Both the position numbers and the translations under genes were made by a program. A stretch of 64,000 bases of DNA from Thermoplasmata archaeon (GTDB lineage Archaea; Thermoplasmatota; Thermoplasmata; Lutacidiplasmatales; UBA184). The stretch is from the NCBI GenBank assembly GCA_022750055.1, contig JAKIWL010000002.1, forward strand, positions 341,042-405,041, read 5' to 3'. The notes beneath the pieces were generated by a model that ran no database searches, was not told where the DNA came from, and saw only the letters and a program-made list of their open reading frames with translations. Of this stretch, positions 37,370-46,373 are shown piece by piece. Numbering within the stretch: the first letter of the stretch is position 1; every line of letters starts with the position of its first letter.

Positions 37370-38607
37370 CGCGGAGGGTCGCGCTGACCCATCGCGGCTG
37401 GCAGAGCGCCTTCGCCACCGCCGCCATCGCCGCTGCGGTCGCGCTCCCCGTCGTCCTGCTCTCCGTGGGAGGAGGGGTCTCTCAACACGAGGTCCACGAC
37501 CTCGAGAACGCTGGGTACGAGGTGACCGTGTCAGCTCCAGGTCTCCACGGCATCTCCAGCGCGCACAACCTGAGCCAACGCATCGACGGCCTTCCCGGGG
37601 TCGGGTCGGCCTCTCCGATTCTGAGCTCGCCGGTCGATGCCTTCCACGGGTCCCACGGACCGGTCCCCACCCTCGCGGAAGGCGTGATCCCCTCGGCGTT
37701 CCAGGCAACCGAGAGCCCGAGCCTCCGGCCGTTGTTTCCCTCCCCCCTCCCGCTCGGGGACCCCGGCGATCTCCTCCACTTCGCCAACGGCACGTATCAC
37801 GGACCCGCCACGAACGAACTCCTTCTCTCCACGCCATTCGCGGAATCGATCGGCGCCTCGGTCGGTTCGACCGTCGAGTTGAGCGCCACCGCGAACCGTT
37901 CGACCGCCGTTGCCTTCACCGTCACGGCCGAGGTAGGCAGCCCGTCGACCCTCGGGACCACGGCCGCCTATGCGATCGTCCTCCCCCTTTCCGACCTGCA
38001 AGTCCTCACCGGCTTCGCCCGTTCGAACGGGACGGCTGGCAGCGTGGTCGACGCGGCGGATACCGTCCAGGTCTCTCTCGCCGGTGCGGGGGCCGCCCAG
38101 CCTTCGACCGTGGCCGAGGTGGCATCGGAGGTCCAGGGATTGGTCCCGTACTACGGCGTGAGCACGCTGTCCACCCAAGCCCAGCAGCTCGAGCAGGCGT
38201 CTGCGGTCCTCGACGGGTTTTACATCGGCCTCTCGTCGGTGGGTCTGACGATCGGGCTCGTCTTCCTGTCGATCGTTTTGGTTCGGAAGGTGGAGACGGA
38301 ACGTCGGACGATCGGCGTTCAGAGAGCGCTGGGCGTCCCGGGTCGGCAGGTCGCTCTCCGCTGGACCCGAAGCGCTCTCCAGCTTTCCGGCGCGGGGTCG
38401 GCGGGAGGCGTGGTCGGCGGCTGGGCGATCGTCGCGGTGCTCGCCCGCTATGGCAGTCCGACGGTCCAGGAAGCGGTCGCCCTCGCGATCTTCGATCCGA
38501 TCGTTCTCTCTGAGCTCGTGGGCGCGGTCCTGCTCTTCTCGTTGCTCGCGAGCCTGGCGGCCACTCGCGCGGCCCTGCGCCTGTCGATCCCGGAGGCGCT
38601 ACGATGA
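37366..38607 (+). CDS. MacB/LolE-type ABC transporter permease
   Basis: Same topology, ERRTIGVQRALG, ends IPEALR; GTGA coupling. Confidence 0.88.
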   Translation: MTRRVALTHRGWQSAFATAAIAAAVALPVVLLSVGGGVSQHEVHDLENAGYEVTVSAPGLHGISSAHNLSQRIDGLPGVGSASPILSSPVDAFHGSHGPVPTLAEGVIPSAFQATESPSLRPLFPSPLPLGDPGDLLHFANGTYHGPATNELLLSTPFAESIGASVGSTVELSATANRSTAVAFTVTAEVGSPSTLGTTAAYAIVLPLSDLQVLTGFARSNGTAGSVVDAADTVQVSLAGAGAAQPSTVAEVASEVQGLVPYYGVSTLSTQAQQLEQASAVLDGFYIGLSSVGLTIGLVFLSIVLVRKVETERRTIGVQRALGVPGRQVALRWTRSALQLSGAGSAGGVVGGWAIVAVLARYGSPTVQEAVALAIFDPIVLSELVGAVLLFSLLASLAATRAALRLSIPEALR

Positions 38608-39308
38608 GCGAGGGAGCCGTCCCACGGGTTTCCCTCGACCACGTCACCAAGCACTACGAGAGCGCCGGAGGACTTCCCGTCCGGGCCCTCGATGGGGTCG
38701 ACCTGTCCATCGACCCGGGCGATTTCCTGTCGGTCGAGGGCCCGTCGGGGTGCGGCAAGACCACGCTGCTCAACCTGCTCGGCCTCATCGATACCCCGAC
38801 GAGCGGGGAGGTCCGATGGGACCAGCGACCGGTCGGGGCCCGGACCGAGCGGGAGCGTTCCCGCTTGCGCCTGACGGGGGTCGGGTTCATCTTTCAACGG
38901 TTCTATCTCCTGCCGACGTTGACGGCCGAGGAGAACGTGGAACTACCGATGCGCGCCCTTCGGACGCCCGCTGCGGACCGGAGGCAGCGGGCCGATCAGC
39001 TCCTCGCCCAGGTCGGCCTCGCCGAGCGACGCCGTTCCTATCCGCACCAGCTCTCGGGTGGGGAGGAACAACGGGTCGCGATCGCACGGGCCCTCGCCAA
39101 CCGGCCGGGCCTCTTGCTGGCCGACGAACCCACCGGAGAGTTGGATAGCGTCAACGCCGATCAGGTCCTCCGCCTGCTCGTTGACGCCCAGGCCGCCGCC
39201 GGGGCTTCCCTCTTGATCGTGACGCACAATCCCAAGGTCGCCTCGCACGCGCGGCGACACCTGACCATGGCCGACGGACGGATCGTCTCGGACACGCGCG
39301 GGGCCTAG
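38604..39308 (+). CDS. LolD/MacB-type ABC ATP-binding protein
   Basis: [44 protein letters not shown]. Confidence 0.94.
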   Translation: MSEGAVPRVSLDHVTKHYESAGGLPVRALDGVDLSIDPGDFLSVEGPSGCGKTTLLNLLGLIDTPTSGEVRWDQRPVGARTERERSRLRLTGVGFIFQRFYLLPTLTAEENVELPMRALRTPAADRRQRADQLLAQVGLAERRRSYPHQLSGGEEQRVAIARALANRPGLLLADEPTGELDSVNADQVLRLLVDAQAAAGASLLIVTHNPKVASHARRHLTMADGRIVSDTRGA

Positions 39309-39312
39309 CCCG

Positions 39313-41091
39313 ATGGCCCGGATCGCCATCCTGCTCTCGGACCGCTGCCATCCGAAGGAGTGCCAATGGGAGTGCCAGGCCTACTGCCCCCCGGTCCGCA
39401 TGGGTCAAGAGTGCATCGTCGAAGGCCCGAACGGGAAACCCATCATCTCCGAGACGCTGTGCATCGGTTGCGGCATCTGCGTCCACAAGTGCCCGTTCGA
39501 TGCGATCAAGATCCTGAACACGCCGGAGGCGGACGAAACGGAGATCGTTCACCGGTACGGCTACAATGGATTCCGACTCTATCGTCTGCCGCTCCCCCCG
39601 AGGACCGGCATCACCGGACTCCTCGGACCGAATGGGACCGGAAAGTCGACCGCCCTCCGGGTCCTCGCCGGGACCGAGGTACCCAATCTTGGTCACTTCG
39701 AGGCGCCCGGCCAGTGGGCCGCGGTCCTCGAGAGGTACCGGGGAACCCAGCTCCACGACCACTTCCGCCGGATCGAGCGAGGCCAGCTCAGCGTTGCCTC
39801 CAAGCCACAGTACGTCGACTGGATATCGGAAGAACCCGTGACGGCGACGGAATACGTCGGGGCGTCGGGGGCCGATCCCCGACCGATCCTCACGGAAGTC
39901 GGTCTCGAAACGAAGGCGGACCGTCGCCTCGCCGAGCTCTCGGGTGGGGAGCTCCAACTCGTCTCCATCGCTCGGACGCTGTCGACGCCGGCGGACCTCT
40001 ACCTGTTCGACGAACCGTCGAGTTACCTCGACATCGTACACCGGCTTGCGATCGCCCGACTGTTGCGACGGTTGGGCGAATCGAAGAGCGTCGTGGTGGT
40101 CGAGCACGATCTCGCCCTCCTCGACTACCTCGCCGACACCGCCCACCTCGTGTACGGGGAGGAGGCCGCGTTCGGGGTGATCTCCCACCCGCTCCCGATG
40201 CGGACGGCCATCAACACCTACCTCACGGGATATCTGAAGGACGAGAACGTCCGATTCCGCACGGAACCGGTCCAATTCGTTGCGCATCCGCCCAAACTCT
40301 CCCATCGAGGAAGTCCCCTGGTCACGTTCGGCGCGCTCTCGAAGCGCTACGAGGGCTTCCATCTCACCGTCGAGCCGGGCGAGCTATCGAAGGGTGAGAC
40401 GGTCGGGATCGTCGGCCCCAACGCGACCGGCAAGACGACGTTCGTGAAAATGCTCGCCGGGGTCGAGCCCCCGACCGAGGGCGCTACACCGGCCGGCGTG
40501 AAGGTCAGCTACAAGCCCCAGTATCTGAAAGCCACGAGCTCGGCCAGCCTTCGCGAGCGGCTGGAAGTGCTCCGTGCCGACCCGACCTTCGACGCTTCGC
40601 TCTTCGAGCGCGACCTCGTCCCCGGGTTGCGTCTCGATGGACTGCTCGACGTGGCGCTCACGGACCTCTCGGGCGGGGAACTGCAGCGCGCCGCCGTAGC
40701 GTTGGCCCTCGCGCACCCTGCGACGCTCTATCTGCTGGACGAGCCCTCGGCCTACCTCGACGCGGATGAGCGCATGGCCGTCGCGAAGCTGATCCGCCGG
40801 CAGATCGAACGCCAAGCGGCGACCGCCCTCGTGGTCGACCACGACGTCTATTTCCTCGACCTCGCGAGCGACGCGCTCATGGTGTTCGGCCATCCCGGCG
40901 GCGACCATGCCGTGGGCGCCGGGGCCGGCCCCTTCGCGATGCGGGAGGGCATGAACCGCCTGCTCCGGGAGGTCGAGGTCACCTTCCGGCGAGACGCGGA
41001 GACGCTGCGACCCCGCATCAATCGCGAGGGGTCGGTCCTCGACCGGGAACAACGCGCGAAGGGCGAGTACTACTACGAGGCCGCCGGTTGA
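39313..41091 (+). CDS. rli: Ribosome recycling ATPase ABCE1/RLI
   Basis: N-terminal Fe-S domain (CHPKEC..C..YCP, CIGCGICVHKCPF), two ABC domains with LSGGELQ, RPRIN...S..DREQ. Confidence 0.96.
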   Translation: MARIAILLSDRCHPKECQWECQAYCPPVRMGQECIVEGPNGKPIISETLCIGCGICVHKCPFDAIKILNTPEADETEIVHRYGYNGFRLYRLPLPPRTGITGLLGPNGTGKSTALRVLAGTEVPNLGHFEAPGQWAAVLERYRGTQLHDHFRRIERGQLSVASKPQYVDWISEEPVTATEYVGASGADPRPILTEVGLETKADRRLAELSGGELQLVSIARTLSTPADLYLFDEPSSYLDIVHRLAIARLLRRLGESKSVVVVEHDLALLDYLADTAHLVYGEEAAFGVISHPLPMRTAINTYLTGYLKDENVRFRTEPVQFVAHPPKLSHRGSPLVTFGALSKRYEGFHLTVEPGELSKGETVGIVGPNATGKTTFVKMLAGVEPPTEGATPAGVKVSYKPQYLKATSSASLRERLEVLRADPTFDASLFERDLVPGLRLDGLLDVALTDLSGGELQRAAVALALAHPATLYLLDEPSAYLDADERMAVAKLIRRQIERQAATALVVDHDVYFLDLASDALMVFGHPGGDHAVGAGAGPFAMREGMNRLLREVEVTFRRDAETLRPRINREGSVLDREQRAKGEYYYEAAG

Positions 41092-41260
41092 GGACCTCCC
41101 ACAAGGACTCCGATGCGCGGCCCCATTCCCGGGGAAGGGATGCGCACCTCCCTCAGAGCGCTTCCACGCACGACGAGCGGCCGCCGGCGCGCTCCGGCCC
41201 CTCAACGCCGGTCGCAGCGCTCCGACAGGCTCAGAGGCCGAATTCGGAGGGTGACGGGCC

Positions 41261-41854
41261 GTGAGCGCCTCGCATTCTACGGCCCCTTCGTCGAACACCG
41301 ACCCGGAGGGTCGATGGAGCTCCCACGCCCCGCTCCCCGTCGAGGTCATCGTTCTCTATGCCATCATCATCGTGGTCCTGGTCATCCTAGGACGTCCGAC
41401 GAGCGTGTCGGCCCTCCCCAGTCCGGTCCTGGTCCTCGACCTGATCGTGATCCTCTTCTTCCTCCGCTATGCCTCGACGACCTATTCGATGGATTCGGAG
41501 CGACTGCGGGCACGCCGGCTATTCGGTTCGCGGGCCGTCCTTCTTGAGGACGTCCGACGGATCGAGTACGCGAACTTGCGCGACCTTTCAGCCACCGGCT
41601 TCTTCGGCGGGTGGGGGTGGCGGGGACGCATGTGGAGTCCAGTCGTCGGTTCCTTCGATTCGATCCACACCCGATCCTCCGGTGTGATGGTGTACGCGGG
41701 GGACGTGCCCCTGTTCGTCTCCCCCCGCGATCCGCCGGCGTTCGCGCTCGAACTCTCGCGGCGGGCGCGGTCCTACTTTCCCGGCGTCGAGCTCGGCCCG
41801 GGGGTTCCGGAGGGCGCTCGGTCAGCGGGAGATTCGTCCGGACCCGCTCAGTAG
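41261..41854 (+). CDS. Two-TM membrane protein with bacterial PH-like domain
   Basis: Two hydrophobic helices, then Y...L.....FG.....L.DV..I and VSPRDP..F pattern. Confidence 0.7.
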   Translation: MSASHSTAPSSNTDPEGRWSSHAPLPVEVIVLYAIIIVVLVILGRPTSVSALPSPVLVLDLIVILFFLRYASTTYSMDSERLRARRLFGSRAVLLEDVRRIEYANLRDLSATGFFGGWGWRGRMWSPVVGSFDSIHTRSSGVMVYAGDVPLFVSPRDPPAFALELSRRARSYFPGVELGPGVPEGARSAGDSSGPAQ

Positions 41855-43050
41855 CGCGGGATCGACGGGTCGACCCGCTCGGCCCATTCCTCGAGGCCCC
41901 CCCGCAGGGTTCGGACGCGCCGGAACCCAAGGTCGAGGAGCAGGCGCGTCGCGCGTGCGGATCGACCCCCCATCTTGCAGTAGACGACCACCGAGGTCGC
42001 ATCTCGTAGCTCGCCGGAACGTTCCCCCAGGTCCCGCAGCGGGATCAGTACGGCCCCAGGCAGCCGGTTGATCGCGAACTCGGCCGGGTCCCGTACGTCT
42101 ACGAGCAGGGGAGGGGAAGGGCCCGCGAGTTCTCGGTGCAACTCCACGGCCGTGATCTCGGTGAGGAGGGGGGAGGCCGAATCAGCGGGATCGCAGGCCG
42201 CGGCGACGACCTCGATCGGGTCCTGTCGATGTCTTCGCGAGCATCGGAGGCAGCTCTTGTCCCGTTCTATCGTCAGTTCCTTGAAGCGCATCTCCAGGGA
42301 ATCGATGAGCAGGAGCCGTCCGACGAGGGGGGTCCCCTTCCCGAGCAAGATCTTGACCGCTTCGGTCGCCTGGATCATGCCGACCAGGCCGGGCAGGACC
42401 CCCAGCACGCCGGCCTCGGCGCACGACGGCGCCGCCTCGGGAGGGGGGGGTTCCGGGAATAGACATCGATAGCACGGTCCCTGAGGGGCATGGAAGACGC
42501 TGACCTGGCCCTCGAACCGATAGACCGACCCGAAGACATCGGGCTTTCCGAGCACGACGCACGCGTCGTTGACCAGGTACCGGGCCGGATAGTTGTCCGT
42601 CCCATCCAGCACGACGTCGTACTGGGCGACGATGTCGAGCGCGTTCGTCGCAGTGAGCTCGGCGTCATGTCGGACCACCCGAACTCCCGGATTGAGGTCC
42701 TTCAGACGGTCCTCGGCGGCCTCCAGCTTCGGTCGCCCTACGTCGGAGGTTCCGTAGAGCACCTGGCGCTGGAGGTTCGACTCCGCGACCCGGTCGAAAT
42801 CGACGAGGCCGACCACACCGACCCCCGCTGCCGCCAGATACAGGGACGAGGGCGAACCGAGCCCGCCGGCGCCTACGATGAGCGCCTTCCCGTGCTTCAA
42901 ACGGCGTTGACCCTCCGCCCCGACTTCGGGCAGGAGGAGATGGCGGCTGTACCGTCTCAGTTCCGACTCGGACAGCCCCGGTAGGGTCTCGGCCGGAAGT
43001 GGGCCCGAGCGAGGGGTCCGGGGGGCCGCGCGTTGCTTTCGTCCGGACAC
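41848..43050 (-). CDS. E1-like MoeB/UbaA adenylyltransferase with C-terminal rhodanese domain
   Basis: RYSRHLLLPEVG, GAGGLGSP, SNLQRQ, DGTDN, CYRCLFP, CAEAGVLG, rhodanese CKMGGRS. Confidence 0.94.
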   Translation of the reverse strand: MSGRKQRAAPRTPRSGPLPAETLPGLSESELRRYSRHLLLPEVGAEGQRRLKHGKALIVGAGGLGSPSSLYLAAAGVGVVGLVDFDRVAESNLQRQVLYGTSDVGRPKLEAAEDRLKDLNPGVRVVRHDAELTATNALDIVAQYDVVLDGTDNYPARYLVNDACVVLGKPDVFGSVYRFEGQVSVFHAPQGPCYRCLFPEPPPPEAAPSCAEAGVLGVLPGLVGMIQATEAVKILLGKGTPLVGRLLLIDSLEMRFKELTIERDKSCLRCSRRHRQDPIEVVAAACDPADSASPLLTEITAVELHRELAGPSPPLLVDVRDPAEFAINRLPGAVLIPLRDLGERSGELRDATSVVVYCKMGGRSARATRLLLDLGFRRVRTLRGGLEEWAERVDPSIPRY

Positions 43051-43329
43051 TTATCCTCCTGCAAGGGCCGGCACGATCGAGAGGATATCGCCCTCCCGGA
43101 CCACGGTCTCCTCGCCATCGAGGTTTCGAACGTCGACGCCGTTCAAGAACACGGCCACCGATCGACGGAGGCGGCCCTCAGGGTTGAAGAGGAAGGCGTT
43201 CACCGAGCCGTCCGAGCGGGCGAAGTCCCGAAGGGCGAGTCCAACGGTCCCGCCAAGAGCCTTGACGGAACTCGCCCCCTTCGTCACCGCTCGAAGCGGG
43301 CTGGGCACTTGTATCTCCGAAACCGGCAT
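43051..43329 (-). CDS. Ubiquitin-like MoaD/SAMP sulfur carrier
   Basis: Beta-grasp pattern, VFLNG.DV, C-terminal PALAGG. Confidence 0.9.
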   Translation of the reverse strand: MPVSEIQVPSPLRAVTKGASSVKALGGTVGLALRDFARSDGSVNAFLFNPEGRLRRSVAVFLNGVDVRNLDGEETVVREGDILSIVPALAGG

Positions 43330-43449
43330 GGCCGAAGCCCTCCGAAGAGAGGGCGTCGGCACAAAGGGTTGATGGACCGGAGTAGGGAGGCGCGACATCC
43401 AATTGACCGAGCCGACCGAGAGGGGATCCACGGCTCCCGAGGCGTCAGC

Positions 43450-44097
43450 TCAGGTCAGCTGAATCAGGTGCGTGCAATGCATGCCCCCCCGAGCGATCGA
43501 GTCCTTCAGGTCGAGCCCGACCTGTCCGAGCAGCTCCTCGGTGAGGCGTTTGTCGAAGACATCGCACAGCAGGTACGCATGCGATAGGGCACTATGTCGG
43601 AACACGCAGTTCGACCTTACGATCTTCAGCACGCCGTCTGCCTGTTCCTCGACCGTGCACCGGAATCCGAGATTGTTCAGGGAGGCGGCGAGCGCCGACG
43701 CCCGCTCGTGGATCGACCGGCCCGCCGGGAGTTCCTTCGCGATGTGCTTTGCCATCGACCGCGCCGCCTCTGCGAAAAGGCGGGAGACGTACGCTTCCCC
43801 TTCCCGGGTGAGCAGCTCCTCCATGACGGAGTCGAGGAGCAGTTCATACCGGCGCGGAAACAGCTCCTGGCCCTGCGGGGTGAGAAGGTAGCGCTTCCTG
43901 GGCCGGCCCACGCCCTCCCTTCGAAAGGTGGGTACGACCAGCCCCCGCGACTCCAAGCGCTCAAGGTGGCCGCGCGCAGCACTCTCCTGAATTCCGAGGC
44001 TCTTAGAAAGGTCCCGGGCGGTCTTCGGGGAAACGGCGAGCTCTTCGATGATCCGCCCGCGGGTCCCCGCGACCCCTTGCACGTCTGGCACCGCCAT
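43450..44097 (-). CDS. SufR-like HTH transcriptional regulator
   Basis: HTH (TARDLSKSLGIQESAARGHLERLE..GL), GRPRKRY.LT, NC...C...C ligands; divergent from sufC. Confidence 0.85.
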   Translation of the reverse strand: MAVPDVQGVAGTRGRIIEELAVSPKTARDLSKSLGIQESAARGHLERLESRGLVVPTFRREGVGRPRKRYLLTPQGQELFPRRYELLLDSVMEELLTREGEAYVSRLFAEAARSMAKHIAKELPAGRSIHERASALAASLNNLGFRCTVEEQADGVLKIVRSNCVFRHSALSHAYLLCDVFDKRLTEELLGQVGLDLKDSIARGGMHCTHLIQLT

Positions 44098-44138
44098 CGG
44101 TCGTTTCTCCGCTCGCTCTGGCCCTCGGGCGACGGGGG

Positions 44139-44165
44139 AATTAACACACAACGAAATATTTAAAT
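44139..44165 (-). promoter_or_regulatory. TATA plus candidate operator of the sufR/sufC divergent promoter
   Basis: Minus strand ATTTAAATA-N5-TTGTG-N4-AATT, same as at 46335-46361. Confidence 0.6.
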
Positions 44166-44198
44166 CAAGGTGTCGGCTGAGCGGCCCGAGGTTTCCCG

Positions 44199-44969
44199 AT
44201 GTCCTCGACCCCGTTGCACCAGCTTGTCGTCGAAGACCTGCATGTGGAGGTCGCCGGAAAGCAGATCCTCAAGGGCGTCAACCTCACCCTCAACAGCGGC
44301 GAGTTAACCGCCCTGATGGGGCCGAACGGGTCGGGGAAGAGCACGCTCGCGAACGCCCTCATGGGACATCCCAAGTACAAGGTCACCCAGGGTCGGGCCA
44401 CCCTCGACGGACAGAACCTGCTCGCCATGACGGTCGACCTGCGCTCCCGCGCCGGTCTCTTCCTCGGTTTCCAATACCCCCAGGAGGTGTCGGGCCTTTC
44501 GCTTTCGAAGTTCCTGTGGACCGCCTACATGCAACGCCACACCCCGGAGAACGCGAACTCCGACCAGTTCGGAAAAGACCTAGACACCCACCTCGGCTTT
44601 CTCGGGATGGACCCGGCCCTGTTGAAGCGCTCGCTCAACGAAGGGTTCTCTGGCGGCGAAAAGAAGCGGGTCGAGGTGCTCCAGATGGCCACCCTCTCCC
44701 CCACGTTTGCCATCCTCGATGAGCCGGACTCCGGTCTCGATATCGACGCAGTGAAGTCCGTCGGGGAGACCGTTGCCAAGCTGCACCGACCCGACGCGGG
44801 GATCCTGGTGATCACCCATTACCAGCGGATCTTGAAGTACCTGAAACCGGACCGAGTCCACGTGATGGTCGACGGTACGGTGGTGCTCTCCGGCGGCAAG
44901 GAGCTCGCCGAGGAGCTGGAGGCGAAGGGCTACGACTGGGTCCGCATCGGCGTCCAGAGCCCAACCTAA
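44199..44969 (+). CDS. sufC: Fe-S cluster assembly ATPase SufC
   Basis: GPNGSGKSTL, GHPKY, FQYP, NEGFSGGEKKR, DEPDSGLDIDA, ITHYQR. Confidence 0.96.
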   Translation: MSSTPLHQLVVEDLHVEVAGKQILKGVNLTLNSGELTALMGPNGSGKSTLANALMGHPKYKVTQGRATLDGQNLLAMTVDLRSRAGLFLGFQYPQEVSGLSLSKFLWTAYMQRHTPENANSDQFGKDLDTHLGFLGMDPALLKRSLNEGFSGGEKKRVEVLQMATLSPTFAILDEPDSGLDIDAVKSVGETVAKLHRPDAGILVITHYQRILKYLKPDRVHVMVDGTVVLSGGKELAEELEAKGYDWVRIGVQSPT

Positions 44970-44987
44970 GGAAGCGGAGATCCTCCG

Positions 44988-46280
44988 ATGGACTGGGCGA
45001 AGGTCCGTACCGATTTCCCGATCTTGGACCGGACCTTCCACGGAAGGCCCTTCGTCTACCTGGATTCTGCCGCGACGAGCCAGAAGCCCCGGGTCGTCAT
45101 CGATGCGGTCGCGGACTTCTACGGTCGTCTGAACGCGAACGTCCACCGCGGGACCTACCAGCTTTCCGAGGAGGCGACCGAGGCGTACGAATCGGCACGA
45201 GGTCGACTCGCGAAATTCGTCCACGCCGAGGACCCGTCCGAGATCGTCTTCGTGCGGGGAACGACCGAGGCGATCAACCTCGTGAGCACGAGCCTCAGCC
45301 AAACGGTCCTCAAGCGCGGTACTCGAGTGCTCACCACGGTGATGGAACACCACTCCAATATCGTCCCCTGGCAGATCCTTCGCAGCCGGGGCGGGCCCGA
45401 GCTCGACTTCGTCGACATCGACGACAACGGCGAACTGGTCCGCGCCGACTACGACCGGCTCCTCACGCCCTCGACGAAGCTCGTGACCCTCACTCACGTG
45501 TCGAACGTCCTCGGTACCGTGAACCCGGTGCGTGCGATCGCCGACCAGGCCCACGCCGCCGGCGCCCTCGTCCTCCTGGATGCGGCCCAGTCCGTCCCCC
45601 ACCGGGCCGTGGACGTTCGGGAGCTCGGGGTCGACCTGATCGCCTTCTCCGGCCACAAGATGCTCGGTCCTACCGGAATCGGAGTGCTCTGGGGTCGCCG
45701 GGACCTGTTGGAGGGGATGCCACCCGCCATGGGCGGCGGGGAAATGATCCGGGAGGTCCATCAGGACCGGGTCGCCTTCCGAGAGCCGCCCGCTCGGTTC
45801 GAAGCCGGCACCCCGAACATTTCCGGAGCCGTCGGGCTGGGCGTGGCGGCGGAGTATCTCGAGCGGATCGGCTGGGATGAGATCGCCGCCCATGAGCAGT
45901 CGATGCAACGGCGCGCCGCGAAGCGCGTCTCCGAAGGGTTCGATGGGCGCGTGACCATCGTCGGGCCCAAGGAGATCACGAATCGGGAGGCGGTGATCTC
46001 GTTCTCGCTGGAAGGGGTGCACGCGCACGACATCTCGAGCATCCTCGACGCTCACGGCGTCGCGATCCGAAGCGGTCACCACTGCGCCCAGCCGCTCATG
46101 GAGCGGCTCGGGGTGGCCGCGCTCTCTCGAGCGAGCCCGTACGTGTACAACTCCCCCGACGACATCGACCGTCTGTTCGATGCCCTCGGAGAGGTGGTTC
46201 GAGTGTTCCGAGGGCATGAACGAGTGTCTGCCAAGGCCCCCCTACCGGACCTGTCGCCGGCGGGCCGACAAGCGCGCTAG
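44988..46280 (+). CDS. sufS: Cysteine desulfurase SufS (group II)
   Basis: YLDSAATSQKP, NVHRG, EHHSN, SGHKMLGPTG, RSGHHCAQP. Confidence 0.96.
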   Translation: MDWAKVRTDFPILDRTFHGRPFVYLDSAATSQKPRVVIDAVADFYGRLNANVHRGTYQLSEEATEAYESARGRLAKFVHAEDPSEIVFVRGTTEAINLVSTSLSQTVLKRGTRVLTTVMEHHSNIVPWQILRSRGGPELDFVDIDDNGELVRADYDRLLTPSTKLVTLTHVSNVLGTVNPVRAIADQAHAAGALVLLDAAQSVPHRAVDVRELGVDLIAFSGHKMLGPTGIGVLWGRRDLLEGMPPAMGGGEMIREVHQDRVAFREPPARFEAGTPNISGAVGLGVAAEYLERIGWDEIAAHEQSMQRRAAKRVSEGFDGRVTIVGPKEITNREAVISFSLEGVHAHDISSILDAHGVAIRSGHHCAQPLMERLGVAALSRASPYVYNSPDDIDRLFDALGEVVRVFRGHERVSAKAPLPDLSPAGRQAR

Positions 46281-46334
46281 ACAGGCTCACGGTTCAGGGT
46301 AGAGGCGGGCCTGTCGCCGCGGGCGCTACCCACC

Positions 46335-46361
46335 ATTTAAATACCATCTTGTGATGGAATT
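46335..46361 (+). promoter_or_regulatory. sufB promoter TATA plus candidate operator
   Basis: ATTTAAATA-CCATC-TTGTG-ATGG-AATT, containing the inverted repeat CCATC/GATGG; GAGGAG SD follows. Confidence 0.62.
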
Positions 46362-46373
46362 ACCGAGGAGCTC

